This document shows positions 53,609 through 63,461 of a DNA stretch of 64,000 nucleotides, in pieces (positions within the stretch are counted from its first letter, which is position 1; every line of letters starts with the position of its first letter). This DNA is from a candidate division WWE3 bacterium. Lineage in GTDB: Bacteria; Patescibacteriota; WWE3; JAUXAW01. The position numbers and the translations under genes were made by a program. The notes under the pieces were generated by a model. It worked only from the letters and a program-made list of their open reading frames with translations. It made no database searches and was not told where the DNA came from. The stretch spans positions 1,221 through 65,220 of the forward strand of contig JAUXAW010000002.1 of assembly GCA_030619715.1 (NCBI GenBank). Reading direction: 5' to 3'.

Positions 53609-55762
53609 ATGAAAAGTCCGCTCATTTTCCGCCTGCTTTTTCTAAATTTGGGGATAAGCTCCCTTCTTTTTCAGACCCTGCTCTTGCGGGAGCTGGTCGT
53701 CAGTTTTTATGGTAACGAGTTTTTTGTCGGAGTGGTTTTGGCCCTCTGGCTTTTTTGGACGGCGGTTGGAAGCTTCGCAGCGAGTAGGATTAAAAAGGAT
53801 CCGAGTAGGATTAAGAGGGATCTTGTTGGTGTTCATGTCTTTTTATCCTTCTTAATCCCTGTTTTATCCTTTTTAATTAGATTCCTCAAAATTCCCGGCA
53901 CAACCGGGGGAGAGATTCCCGATTTTTTTAGCTCTTTAATTTTTGTCGGAGCACTTTTGGCCCCCAGCGGTTTGGCTTTTGGTAGTATTTTTACCCTCGG
54001 CGCCAAGATTTGGGTGCAGGTCGGCGAGGCCTATTTCTGGGAAACTTTGGGCCATATATTAATCGGCTTGGTTTTCAGCTTCTTCTTAGTGACGGTACCG
54101 ACCCTCCCGGTGGCGTTTTTAATTTCGGCTTTAAATCTGGCTTTGGTGTCTCTACTGCTTCCGAAAGGGTCTAAACTGCCGAAAACTTTGTGTTTCACAC
54201 TTGGTCTGCTTCTCGTTTTCTTTAGTGTCTTTTGCGGCAAGGAGATTGAGTTTTTAAGTCAAGGCTGGCGTTTTCCCAATTTGGTTCATCAGGAAAATTC
54301 TTTCTACGGTCACATCGCCGTAACCGAAAGTGAGGACCAATACAATTTTTACGAAAGCGGACTTTTGGTCGGAGCCGACGAGGATTATTATGGAAGTGAG
54401 TTTCTGGTCCACCCGACCCTGATTCAACACTCTGACCCACGTCAGGTTCTCCTCATCGGTGGGGGATGGAACGGGGTTTTGGCCGAGATTTTGAAATATC
54501 CCAGCGTGGAAAAGATTGATTACGTTGAGCTCGACCCGCAATTTTTGAGGATCGTCGAGAAGTATCTTCCAGAAGATCTCAAAAAAGCTTTCTCCGACCC
54601 AAGAGTCCAGAAACACTTTGTTGACGGGCGGTATTTTTTGAAGCACGCGGACGGCACCTACGATGTGGTCATTTTTAACCTTCCCAACCCCTCGACGGCT
54701 CTAATCAACCGCTTCTACACAAAAGAATGCTTTGAAGAGGTTAAAAGAATTACAGACCCTAAGGGTCTGTTTGCTTTGCCGTTATCGACTCCGACGGATT
54801 ACCTCAGTGCGGAAACGGAAAATTTGCTGGCCTCGGTTTATAAGACTTTAAAAAGGGAGTTTCCCCAGGTTCGAATTTTGGCCGAGGAAAATGTATTGTT
54901 TCTAGCCGCGAAAGACGCGGACGCGAAAAACGCGAAAAATTTGAACGTCTCAGAAGTTCTAAAACATTGGAAAGATTTGAAACTTGAGACCTCGTTTTTG
55001 ACCACCGCTGAGCTGGAATATCGTTTCACAAACGATAAAAATACTCGGATTCAGCAGATTCTTGAGGCCAATCGGGAGGCAGCGCTGAATTCTGATTTTT
55101 ATCCCGCGGCTTATTTTTACCAAACACTCTTCTGGCAGACAAAGTTCAGCTTCCTTTTTGCCAAGATTCTAGCTAGCTTGCAACAGCCGTTGTTCTGGGT
55201 TTTGGTCAGTCTTCTGCTTTCCGCCGGCGGCCTTCTCTTTGTTTGGAGAAAACCCTCACTTTTGAGCACGTCCAATGTAGCAGTTTTGACCGTGGGTTTG
55301 GGGGGCCTGACCCTGATGGCGATGGAGATAATTCTAATCTTTCTTTTCCAAACCATCTTGGGCTTTGTTTACTCACGGATAGCACTATTAATGGCTCTAA
55401 TCCTGGCGGGTCTAGCTCTCGGAAATTTTGGGGCCCGGAGGTTTCTACGAACAGTGAGTAGGGGACTGTTGTTAGTTCAAATTCTGATTGTTTTCTATCT
55501 TTTCTCCTTCTTGCAATTTATTCCCCATCTGACAAGCGAGATTCATTTTTATATTTTGGGGATAGTGGCCGGAGTTTTGGTGGGGCTTATTTTCCCGCTG
55601 GCAAGTAATTACACCGCCGACCTCGCAGGCTCGTTTTTCGGAGCGCTGCTGCCCTCGTTGTTCCTAATCCCTCTCTTCGGTGTCTTTAATACCATTACCC
55701 TTCTCGCTGCCCTAAACCTTATTGGGACCCTGCTTCTTCTTCGGCGAAGATTTGGGCGGTGA
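53609..55762 (+). CDS. membrane-embedded spermidine/spermine synthase-like protein (polyamine aminopropyltransferase family fused to a polytopic membrane domain)
   Basis: Many TM helices on both sides of a central soluble domain. VLLIGGGWNGVLAEILKYPSVEKIDYVELDP...VVIFNLPNP resembles the SpeE SAM-dependent fold. Confidence 0.7.
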   Translation: MKSPLIFRLLFLNLGISSLLFQTLLLRELVVSFYGNEFFVGVVLALWLFWTAVGSFAASRIKKDPSRIKRDLVGVHVFLSFLIPVLSFLIRFLKIPGTTGGEIPDFFSSLIFVGALLAPSGLAFGSIFTLGAKIWVQVGEAYFWETLGHILIGLVFSFFLVTVPTLPVAFLISALNLALVSLLLPKGSKLPKTLCFTLGLLLVFFSVFCGKEIEFLSQGWRFPNLVHQENSFYGHIAVTESEDQYNFYESGLLVGADEDYYGSEFLVHPTLIQHSDPRQVLLIGGGWNGVLAEILKYPSVEKIDYVELDPQFLRIVEKYLPEDLKKAFSDPRVQKHFVDGRYFLKHADGTYDVVIFNLPNPSTALINRFYTKECFEEVKRITDPKGLFALPLSTPTDYLSAETENLLASVYKTLKREFPQVRILAEENVLFLAAKDADAKNAKNLNVSEVLKHWKDLKLETSFLTTAELEYRFTNDKNTRIQQILEANREAALNSDFYPAAYFYQTLFWQTKFSFLFAKILASLQQPLFWVLVSLLLSAGGLLFVWRKPSLLSTSNVAVLTVGLGGLTLMAMEIILIFLFQTILGFVYSRIALLMALILAGLALGNFGARRFLRTVSRGLLLVQILIVFYLFSFLQFIPHLTSEIHFYILGIVAGVLVGLIFPLASNYTADLAGSFFGALLPSLFLIPLFGVFNTITLLAALNLIGTLLLLRRRFGR

Positions 55763-57275
55763 AGACGAAGATTTGGGTGGTGGGGTCTTGCCAGCAAGAA
55801 GAGGAAAGACCTATTTTCTGGGTACAAAGTTCACTCATAAATTTGTTTAAATCCCAGTTGTTTTCGGTCGCCACATGGGGCAAAAAGACACCGTGACGGT
55901 TACTTCTACTTAGCGAGACCCCGTGTTTGCCGACCTCAATGTTGTAGGGGTCAAAGATTCTTCGCCGCGGGGACAAAACGGAGATTTCGATTTCAATTGC
56001 TTCAAGCTCGTTGGGTTTAACCGGAGTGAAGCGACGGTCTTTAGTCGCGGCGGCGATCGTCATCTGTTGGACCACCTGCCAAAGAGGTTCCTCGGGTTCA
56101 AAGCGGCCGATGCAGCCGTGCAGCGCTCCATTTTTGTGGAGGGTGACAAAAGCCCCCAGTGGGGTGTTGAGGAACTCGTGCTCAATTTCGACCCCCGGGG
56201 TTTGATTGGTTGCAATAAAGGTCTTCAGGGTTTGGCGGGAAATTTTTAAAAGCTCCTGCTTCTCTTCCTCATTGAGTTCGGTGCCAAACCTTTCACCATA
56301 AAAAGCGATCGCGGCATAACCAACGACCCGATTTTTGTCTCCGGCAGGCAGGTCGCCAGAATTGGCATAATTCAAAAGTTGGATATCAGAAAGCCCTAAA
56401 TTTTCGGACAGGATCAGCCCCGTCTTGATTGCTCCCGCCCCGCAGGCGGCGGTTTGTAAATTGGGGATTCCACTTTGAGGTAGCTGCTCGACCAGCTGGG
56501 AGAATTTTTCCAAATCGTTTTCAAGAATGCTGTTAATAATCTGCCGGTCGGCCTGTGTGGCGTCTTCGTAGTTGGGATAGTGGGAAAGGTCACTGCTGAT
56601 AACGATTAGGGTGTAGGGGTTAGTGTGTTTGGCCAGAGCACTTGCCAAGATTTGGGCCGTTTCCGTCGTCTGGTCACCTAATATAACAGGCACGATCTGA
56701 AAGTCTTTGAGCGTTTTTTGGAGGAGGGGAATTTCTACCTCTAAGGAGTGCTCTTTGTCATGATACTGGGGGCCGGCGAAGATAAGGGGGCTCTCGCTGG
56801 TTAGTTTTTGAGCAAGGATTTCGTCAATTGGAATCTGACCGAGCGGGGTTTCAAAGAAACCCTCGGTGTAGACAGCGGCACCGTCAAAATGATAATGGTG
56901 GGAGTTGCCGATGATGACGATGGTCGAATATTCTCTATCTTTAATTTCGGAGAAAGCATAAGCGGCTACTTGGCCGGAAAATTGGTAGCCGGCGTGGGGG
57001 ACGACGATAATCTTCGGGGGTTTGGGGGTTAGGGGAGAGGGGATAGTGACGAGGAATCCATCAATTTGGGCGGAGAGTTCCTCTCTGTTTCCCGGATAAA
57101 AAGTGCCGGCGGCGGCCGGTTTTCTGACGTTCTTAGTTTCGACCTTGGTTTCAGTCGCGGGGAGAACTTCTGCAGGCGATAGCGGCTCTTTTTGCAGATT
57201 TTCGTAAACAAAAATCCCGCCGATGGCGAGGGCGGCAGTGGCCGCAATGAGTAAGAGGTATTTTTTTACTTCCAT
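55719..57275 (-). CDS. AmmeMemoRadiSam system protein B (Memo-like) fused to an AMMECR1 domain, with N-terminal TM anchor
   Basis: Memo motif VVPHAGYQFSGQVAAYAF in the N-terminal half. AMMECR1 motif GAFVTLHKNGALHGCIG in the C-terminal half. Adjacent to a radical SAM gene. Confidence 0.75.
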   Translation of the reverse strand: MEVKKYLLLIAATAALAIGGIFVYENLQKEPLSPAEVLPATETKVETKNVRKPAAAGTFYPGNREELSAQIDGFLVTIPSPLTPKPPKIIVVPHAGYQFSGQVAAYAFSEIKDREYSTIVIIGNSHHYHFDGAAVYTEGFFETPLGQIPIDEILAQKLTSESPLIFAGPQYHDKEHSLEVEIPLLQKTLKDFQIVPVILGDQTTETAQILASALAKHTNPYTLIVISSDLSHYPNYEDATQADRQIINSILENDLEKFSQLVEQLPQSGIPNLQTAACGAGAIKTGLILSENLGLSDIQLLNYANSGDLPAGDKNRVVGYAAIAFYGERFGTELNEEEKQELLKISRQTLKTFIATNQTPGVEIEHEFLNTPLGAFVTLHKNGALHGCIGRFEPEEPLWQVVQQMTIAAATKDRRFTPVKPNELEAIEIEISVLSPRRRIFDPYNIEVGKHGVSLSRSNRHGVFLPHVATENNWDLNKFMSELCTQKIGLSSSCWQDPTTQIFVFTAQIFAEEEAGSQ

Positions 57276-58411
57276 ATTCCTGGAACCTCAACGTCGCACA
57301 AACCCTCGTTAAGATGATTCTCAATCACGGTATGGCCTTTGCGGACGATCAGGGCTTCGCCGTTGGTCGGACAGTAGGTGGTCTGGCCCTCAACGTCGAT
57401 GATATTTCCGGTATAAACATAATTTAGTCCGACGTCGAGACAAATCTGGCGGGCTTCTTTGACCGTTTTCTCCGGGGTTGCGGGGACATTGAGCAGTTTG
57501 TAATCGGGATGAAAGCGGGAAAAATGCAGCGGCACATCGGGACCGAGATTCTCCAGAATCCACTGACACATCTCTTTAATCTCCTCCGGATCGTCATTTT
57601 TGCCGGGGACCACAAGATTAACAATTTCCAGCCAGGTTCCTTCCTCTTTGATGATTTTTAAGTTTTCAAGCACCGGCTGGAGCTTTCCGCCTACAATCTC
57701 TCGGTAGAAATCCTCGTTGAATCCCTTAAGATCAATCTTGATCGCGTCCAAAAGGGGCAGTAGCTCTTTCAGTGGTTCAGGGTTGACATAACCGCTGCTG
57801 ATGACGACATTTTTCAGACCCTTTTCCCGCGCTATTTTGGCCGTATCGTACATATATTCATAAAAGACCATCGGCTCGGAGTAGGTGTAGGCGATGCTGG
57901 TTGCGCCGGACTGGAGGGCCCGCTCAACTACTTTTTCCGGAGGCAGGTCAATGCTTTTTAAATCCTCGGGGAAGCGTTGGGCAATATCCCAGTTTTGGCA
58001 GTATTTGCAGGCGAGGGAACAGCCGCCGGTGGCGATGGAGTAGGCGTTGCTTCCGGGGAGAAAATGATTAAACGGTTTTTTCTCGATCGGGTCAACGTGG
58101 ATGGAAACTGGTTGCCCGTAAACTAAAGAGACCAACTCACCATTTTGGTTTTCACGAACTTTACAAATTCCTCTTTGGCCTTCGGCAAGGATACAGCGGT
58201 TGGGGCAGAGGTTACACTGAACCCGACCACCGTCTAATTTTTCGTAAAACCGCGCTTCCTGATAGACGGTCGCCGACAGCGTTTCCCCCTCTTTTTCAAC
58301 AGCTTCTTCGCCTCCTTTTCTCAAAACCAAAAAGGAAACCCCCACGCCGAAAATAATAATCGCTAAGCCAATAAGATATTTTTTCATCGATTCAATTATA
58401 CCATTTCGCAA
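57266..58411 (-). CDS. AmmeMemoRadiSam system radical SAM enzyme, with N-terminal TM anchor
   Basis: GGCSLACKYCQNW (Cx3Cx2C). Additional Cys cluster CNLCPNRC...C. 381 aa. Confidence 0.75.
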   Translation of the reverse strand: MRNGIIESMKKYLIGLAIIIFGVGVSFLVLRKGGEEAVEKEGETLSATVYQEARFYEKLDGGRVQCNLCPNRCILAEGQRGICKVRENQNGELVSLVYGQPVSIHVDPIEKKPFNHFLPGSNAYSIATGGCSLACKYCQNWDIAQRFPEDLKSIDLPPEKVVERALQSGATSIAYTYSEPMVFYEYMYDTAKIAREKGLKNVVISSGYVNPEPLKELLPLLDAIKIDLKGFNEDFYREIVGGKLQPVLENLKIIKEEGTWLEIVNLVVPGKNDDPEEIKEMCQWILENLGPDVPLHFSRFHPDYKLLNVPATPEKTVKEARQICLDVGLNYVYTGNIIDVEGQTTYCPTNGEALIVRKGHTVIENHLNEGLCDVEVPGIWK

Positions 58412-58430
58412 TCTGCTAAAATAGAAAGTG

Positions 58431-58871
58431 ATGGCGGAAATTGCTTGGCTCGATTGTCCGTATGGAAATGTTAATGACCCCTATCCCGGGCAGTGCGAGC
58501 TTTACACCGATACCAACAGTAACCAAATCTGCGACCACAGTGAGCCCCCCCTCTCTCCGATGAAAAGCTTTGTTTTGTGGGCAAGCTTTGTTGTAGTAGC
58601 TTTATACTTTCTCCACTGGTATCTTTCTCATAAAACCACAATCGGAAAAAGATTTAAGTTTCTTAGCCGCGTGTGGTTTCGTTATTTTTGGAATTTGGTT
58701 TTACTTTTGAGTTTTATTCCCGCCGCCGTTTCCGGTGTTCTGTGGGTATTTGGGGTTACAAGTTTTGATTTTAATCTCTGGCACAATAAAGCAGGCATTA
58801 TCTTCACCATCGTCGTCGCTCTCCACCTCCTCAAACGCTTTCGCCACATCCTCAACTTTCCGCGCTGGTAG
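58431..58871 (+). CDS. membrane protein with Cys-rich N-terminus ([14 protein letters not shown]...C)
   Basis: 3 TM helices after a Cys motif. Divergent from the radical SAM gene. Confidence 0.45.
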   Translation: MAEIAWLDCPYGNVNDPYPGQCELYTDTNSNQICDHSEPPLSPMKSFVLWASFVVVALYFLHWYLSHKTTIGKRFKFLSRVWFRYFWNLVLLLSFIPAAVSGVLWVFGVTSFDFNLWHNKAGIIFTIVVALHLLKRFRHILNFPRW

Positions 58872-58953
58872 GGAGTGTCCGCGGTGTCAATTGTGTCGGT
58901 GGTGTCAGTGGGGGCGAGTGCCCCTTAGATGTTACGTAACAGGTCGTGTTTGT

Positions 58954-59161
58954 TTGACAGAATCCTGTAAAAGTTGTAAAATTTACTCGGCCTTTTAAAA
59001 CCTGCCCAGGACAAAAACGTCTTGGGTTTTTAAGGTTTTAGCGGTGCTCGCACCGCTCGTACATTAACAATTGAGTAGGGTGAGGTCGAGTCTAGTCTGC
59101 GCTGTGCGCTAATGGGACAAACCTGCTAGATAGGAGCAAGACTATTATTAGGGAGGAGGAA
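58954..59161 (+). promoter_or_regulatory. promoter (TTGACA-17-TGTAAAAT) and about 165-nt structured leader upstream of small-peptide cluster
   Basis: Hairpins cccaggacaaaaacgtcttggg and agcggtgctcgcaccgct read directly. No ORF. Confidence 0.4.
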
Positions 59162-59308
59162 ATGAGCGAGTTCTTGAGAGAAAACCTTTCAGCTCTCTGG
59201 TGTGAATGGTGGCCACTCATGTTGGGCAAAATGATCGAACTGGGAATCATTATTGCCTACGTTATTGAAAATAAGGAAGAGCTGATAAAGGGAAGGGTAA
59301 AAAGGTAA
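59162..59308 (+). CDS. candidate 48-aa hydrophobic peptide (MSEFLRENLSALWCEWWPLMLGKMIELGIIIAYVIENKEELIKGRVKR)
   Basis: Strong SD agggaggaggaaATG. Below the ORF-track cutoff. Confidence 0.4.
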   Translation: MSEFLRENLSALWCEWWPLMLGKMIELGIIIAYVIENKEELIKGRVKR

Positions 59309-59369
59309 TGGCCGTTCGGCAACTCATTTAGGATAAGCCGGACAAATAAGCTTCAAAGGAGGGAAGAAA

Positions 59370-59612
59370 ATGGCTGAGGTTTTAAGGGGGTTCGGTAAGA
59401 TGAAAGGATGGGTGGTATGTGTGGTGATAGGCACAGGCATCGCGTGCATCATCCCGGCTCTCTCTGGAGATCTCCAGTCCGCATTTGCAATAGCAGCCAC
59501 AGGAGGCGTGTTCATTGTTGGGGCTCTCCTCCTCGTTGCTTTGGGTACAGTATTCGGTTGTCGAGAGGCAAAGCGGATCGTCGAGGAGATGAGGGAGAGA
59601 AACAGGGAGTGA
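59370..59612 (+). CDS. small membrane protein (80 aa, 2 TM)
   Basis: SD caaaggagggaagaaaATG. GVFIVGALLLVALG hydrophobic core. Charged C-terminal tail. Confidence 0.45.
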   Translation: MAEVLRGFGKMKGWVVCVVIGTGIACIIPALSGDLQSAFAIAATGGVFIVGALLLVALGTVFGCREAKRIVEEMRERNRE

Positions 59613-59671
59613 CCGAGGCCAAAAGAAGCTCGCCTTGAGAGCTAGAAAATCTTAGAAGGAGGTGGACGAGA

Positions 59672-59758
59672 TGGAATGGCTAAGAGAAAACTGGCAGTGG
59701 TTGCTGTGGCTGGGACTCCTCGGCCTTCTCTCTCTCGCTGTGCCCGCAGCGTTGTAGT
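59672..59758 (+). CDS. candidate 28-aa hydrophobic peptide (MEWLRENWQWLLWLGLLGLLSLAVPAAL)
   Basis: SD gaaggaggtggacgagATG. Shares the LRENW/L motif with the 48-aa peptide. Confidence 0.35.
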
Positions 59759-59926
59759 GAGAGAACACTGCGAGTCTGAGGAGTAGACCACCATCACGGG
59801 GGCGGTGGTCTAGATTGAGAAGGAGGTTCGAATCCTCCCTTGACAAGCCTGCTGACGGTTTGAAAACGCGAAAAAAACTTCAGACCCGAGGCAGGCTTTT
59901 ATCTTTAGAAAATTGTGGCGCGCGGT

Positions 59927-60020
59927 AAGAACCTGCTCGCTACGCTCGCAGAACCTTGCATTTGAGCATAGCCTCCGCTTCGCTACGACTATTAGCTCAA
60001 AAGTGAATTGCGCTATTACC
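59927..60020. repeat. second copy of the about 130-nt element seen at 811-948
   Basis: Shared aagaacctgctcgct.cgctcgcagaaccttgcatttgagca.agc...agctcaaaagt...gcgctatt. Confidence 0.45.
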
Positions 60021-60021
60021 G

Positions 60022-60621
60022 CTACCGTAGGACGGCGAGAGTACTTTGGAGGACGAAATAGAGGCCGACGAGGACTCCGGAGACGCGGGCCAATTTTTGC
60101 ATCCAGGCAAATCTGGTGAAGACACCCAGCAAAGCCGCGGGAACGATATAAACGCTGGTGCCGAGGAAGAACATCAGGAAATATAAAACGGCGGCGAAGG
60201 CCCCTTGCAAGTTGAAAACGTAAGTTAGGGAAGCCAGAAACGGGGGACAGATGTTGACGCCGGTTAGGAATCCCAAAAGAAATATCCATTTAATTTTTTG
60301 GAAGGGGAGAAAGCTGCAGAATTTTTTGTCAATTGTGCCCAAGGAATAAAGAATCATCAAAAGCCCGGTCCAGATATTGCCGAGAGCAACGATTTGGTGA
60401 ATAGTGACACTGGTGACTTGTTCTCCCAACCAGCCGAGGGCAAGCCCAAAAGTGAGATAGCCCAAAAGTCTTCCCAGAGAAAATTCAAGAATAACTCTTA
60501 AACTCGATTTTGGTGTCCGGCTTTGGGACAAAAGGTAGGGGACAACAATCGGTAGGCAGAGACCGAGGCAGTAGACGCCGACGGAGAGACCAGCTAAAAA
60601 GCCTGCTGTAAGGGTTTCCAT
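60022..60621 (-). CDS. CcdA/DsbD-family thiol-disulfide transporter-like membrane protein
   Basis: 6 TM helices. Cys pair in TM1 (GVYCLGLCLP) as in cytochrome c biogenesis CcdA-type proteins. Confidence 0.55.
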   Translation of the reverse strand: METLTAGFLAGLSVGVYCLGLCLPIVVPYLLSQSRTPKSSLRVILEFSLGRLLGYLTFGLALGWLGEQVTSVTIHQIVALGNIWTGLLMILYSLGTIDKKFCSFLPFQKIKWIFLLGFLTGVNICPPFLASLTYVFNLQGAFAAVLYFLMFFLGTSVYIVPAALLGVFTRFAWMQKLARVSGVLVGLYFVLQSTLAVLR

Positions 60622-60655
60622 GACACCTTTATTCTACCACGCGTTTTTTAGGATA

Positions 60656-60694
60656 AGTAAAGACAGTAACTCAGTGAAGACAGTAAAGACAAAA
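60656..60694. repeat. S-type repeat gtaaagacagtaactcagtgaagacagtaaagacaaaag (reverse complement of the gtctttactg repeats flanking the first 4HB gene)
   Basis: Direct comparison with 769-810, 956-984 and 1339-1378. Confidence 0.5.
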
Positions 60695-60711
60695 GAGTGT
60701 GGTAAAATCGG

Positions 60712-61185
60712 ATGGTAATGAAAATTTATCTGATTCGGCATGCGGAGGAGGGGGAGGGTGGGGGAGTCTCTGACTTGGGTCGGAGGCAATCGGAAGCGTT
60801 AGGGCGGTGGCTCAAAGAAAAAAATATCGTTGCTCTTTATTCCAGCGACCGAGCGCGGGCTTCGGAAACGGCGGCGGTCGTCGGTCCGATTCTTAAACTT
60901 TCGTCGCAAATTATTCCCAATTTTGAAGAAGTTCGTGAGCTGAAACCTCTGGAATCAATTGTGGAAGCTCAGGACCGGGCCCAAGCGGGTCTCAAATTTG
61001 CCATTGATAAAAATCCCGGCAGAAATATTGCCATTGTGGCCCACTCCAAGTTAATCCGTCAGCTTTTGGACAAATTGGATTTGCGGGAATTTGTTGAAGG
61101 CGAAGATTTGCCCAACACCGGTATTGTTGCCCTCAACTACCAAGACGGAAAATTTAAGTTGCTCGATTACGCAATTGTTCCATGA
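60712..61185 (+). CDS. histidine phosphatase family protein (phosphoglycerate mutase-like)
   Basis: LIRHAE (RHG-type motif), SD..RA..T. Confidence 0.75.
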   Translation: MVMKIYLIRHAEEGEGGGVSDLGRRQSEALGRWLKEKNIVALYSSDRARASETAAVVGPILKLSSQIIPNFEEVRELKPLESIVEAQDRAQAGLKFAIDKNPGRNIAIVAHSKLIRQLLDKLDLREFVEGEDLPNTGIVALNYQDGKFKLLDYAIVP

Positions 61186-61949
61186 GTTTTCCGCTGGCAA
61201 TTTTTTTGGGTCTGGTTCAAGGTCTAACCGAATTTTTACCCGTTTCCTCTTCGGGGCATTTGGTTTTGATGCAGAAGATTTTGGGGATTAACGCGCTACC
61301 AGTTTTCTTTATGGCAATGGTTCATCTGGGGACGTTGGGAGCGGTTTTGCTTTTTTTCCGGAAGGAGTTGGTTAGGGAGTTTAGAGACCCGCCAGAGGCG
61401 GGTAAGTTGTTAAAAAGAGTCGTGATCGGGAGTGTGCCGGTGGTTTTGGTGGGCTGTGTAGCCCAGCAATTTGTCAAAGCAATTTTTGGGAATTTGGTTT
61501 TGGTGGGGTTGGGTTTTTTGGTAACCGCTGCACTTTTGTTCTGGAGCAAGAGATTGGCTTTAGGTCAAAAGAGATTTCAGGATCTTACGAATCTTCAGAC
61601 TCTCACCATCGGTTTGTTTCAGGCGGTGGCCGTTTTCCCCGGGATCTCCCGGTCGGGGGCGACGATCGTTGGTGGGCTCTCGCAAAAACTTGATCGTGAA
61701 TCAGCTTTTAAATTTTCTTTTTATCTTTCGATTCCAGCCATCATCGGAGCCAATGTTTTGCAACTTAAAAATTTACCCAACTTGACTTTTTTGCCGCAGA
61801 GTTTGGTGGGAATGGTTGCCGCCTTCGTCGTCGGCTATTTCGCCCTCAAACTTTTGCAAAAAGTTCTGATCGCCGGAAAGCTTTACTGTTTCTCTGGTTA
61901 TTGCCTTTTGATTGGAGCGATCTCTCTTGCTTTTTCTGTAAAATTATAG
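61182..61949 (+). CDS. uppP: undecaprenyl-diphosphatase UppP (BacA)
   Basis: GLVQGLTEFLPVSSSGHL canonical UppP motif. Later PGISRSG motif. 8 TM helices. Confidence 0.9.
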   Translation: MSFPLAIFLGLVQGLTEFLPVSSSGHLVLMQKILGINALPVFFMAMVHLGTLGAVLLFFRKELVREFRDPPEAGKLLKRVVIGSVPVVLVGCVAQQFVKAIFGNLVLVGLGFLVTAALLFWSKRLALGQKRFQDLTNLQTLTIGLFQAVAVFPGISRSGATIVGGLSQKLDRESAFKFSFYLSIPAIIGANVLQLKNLPNLTFLPQSLVGMVAAFVVGYFALKLLQKVLIAGKLYCFSGYCLLIGAISLAFSVKL

Positions 61950-62019
61950 TATTGTTTATGTAACGCGGCTACGGGGCGTTTCATCAGTGATTTGAGAGGG
62001 AAGTGAGAAGGGAGGGAAA

Positions 62020-62229
62020 ATGTCAAACAAAGTGATGTGGCTCTTCATCATAGTCATCGTGGTCTTGCTGATATCCATGGCGGTTGGAATACGTCGCTTG
62101 GAGAAGCTGGACGCGGCGGACTATGAGGAGATCGAGCAAAAGCTGGGGGAGGAAGATCTCCAGGGGGCGTTTGAGATTCTGACACGAATCGTCAAGCGCC
62201 ATCACAGCGGGGGGCCGCTTCCTTGGTAG
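62020..62229 (+). CDS. small membrane-anchored protein (69 aa)
   Basis: N-terminal TM (MWLFIIVIVVLLISMAVG), acidic helix. Shares the promoter motif with 48755-49072. Confidence 0.4.
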   Translation: MSNKVMWLFIIVIVVLLISMAVGIRRLEKLDAADYEEIEQKLGEEDLQGAFEILTRIVKRHHSGGPLPW

Positions 62230-62369
62230 AAGCTCGATTGCCGAAAGCCGGAGGATTCACTACGAGCCCTCCGGCTCTTTCTTTTTGATGGTTGCTTAGC
62301 GAGCGCAGCGAGTGGTTGCCCCCCAGACCCTTTTTTTGGTTTTTGGCTTAAACTTGGTAAAATGGGAAT

Positions 62370-63107
62370 ATGCGATGGGGAATTTTGGCGATTGGTTTTA
62401 TTGCATTTTTAATTTTAGCAGGAGTATCAGCGATGTTTGAGCCAGAGCCGCAACCACCCTTCGATAAGCTCAGGGCAAGCTCAAGTGCGATTCCGCTTCC
62501 CGCGCCAAAGACGAGAGGGGAAATGTCTTTGGAGGAGGCAATCCAAAAAAGAAGGTCAAAAAGAGAATTTTTGGACAAGCCTCTGACTTTGGAGCAGGTT
62601 TCTCAAATTCTCTGGGTGGCTCAGGGGATTACTGATGAGCAAAGCGGTTACCGAGCCGCTCCATCGGCGGGGGCTTTGTATCCTCTGGAAGTTTATCTGG
62701 TTGTTGGTGAGGGTGGTGTGGATCCGCCTCTGGCGGATGGCGCGGGGGTCTATCACTACCTTCCCGAGAACCATTCTTTGGAAAAACTTTTGGAGGGGGA
62801 TGTGCGGCAGGATTTAATGCGAGCAAGTCTTGGTCAGAGTTTCATCGCCGATGCTCCTGTTGATTTGGTCATCGCCGCCGAGTATGAGAGAACGACGGGG
62901 AAGTATGGCGAGCGCGGCATCCGCTATGTTCACATGGAGGTTGGCCACGCGGCGCAGAACGTCTACTTACAGGTGACCGCTTTAGGATTGGGAACCGTTA
63001 CCATCGGCGCCTTCGACGACGAGGAGGTTGCCAGAGTTTTGCATCTTCCCTCAGAGCACGAACCTTTATGTGTGATGCCAGTTGGACATCTCAAAAATGA
63101 AAATTGA
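62370..63107 (+). CDS. SagB/ThcOx-type nitroreductase-family dehydrogenase with N-terminal TM
   Basis: RRSKREF...PSAGALYP...YHY...HMEVGHAAQN pattern of SagB-type nitroreductase fold. Confidence 0.7.
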   Translation: MRWGILAIGFIAFLILAGVSAMFEPEPQPPFDKLRASSSAIPLPAPKTRGEMSLEEAIQKRRSKREFLDKPLTLEQVSQILWVAQGITDEQSGYRAAPSAGALYPLEVYLVVGEGGVDPPLADGAGVYHYLPENHSLEKLLEGDVRQDLMRASLGQSFIADAPVDLVIAAEYERTTGKYGERGIRYVHMEVGHAAQNVYLQVTALGLGTVTIGAFDDEEVARVLHLPSEHEPLCVMPVGHLKNEN

Positions 63108-63435
63108 TTCCTATCGTTTTGGACAGATTGTAATTGACGGCAAAGTTTACGAGCACGATGTGGTTTTGGCGGGCAAAGAGGTCAGGCGTTGGGTCAGGAA
63201 AGAATCTCATCATGTTTTCTGGGAGGATGTTGAAGGCCTGTTAGACCTTAAGCCGGAGGTTGTTATTTTCGGCACCGGGGCGATGGGGGTGATGAATGTT
63301 CCACCGGAGGTCGTCTCAAGGCTTCAAGAGCAAGGTATTGAGGTTATTGTCGAGCGAACGGGGAAGGCTTGTGAAGTTTATAATGAGATTTCAAAGGAGA
63401 AAAAGGTTGTAGCAGTGTTGCATTTGACGTGTTGA
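63096..63435 (+). CDS. Mth938-like domain protein (DUF498 family)
   Basis: MKIDSYRFGQIVIDGKVYEHDVV....EVVIFGTGAMG... is typical of Mth938-like proteins. Confidence 0.65.
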
Positions 63436-63461
63436 AAAGTGTGATATAATATGTTTCGCTC

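Noticed and set aside
55719-55762. 44-nt convergent overlap between the spermidine-synthase-like gene and the Memo/AMMECR1 gene
   Set aside because: Probably real convergent 3' overlap or a slightly mis-set stop for one gene. No evidence of a frameshift, so not reported as a feature.
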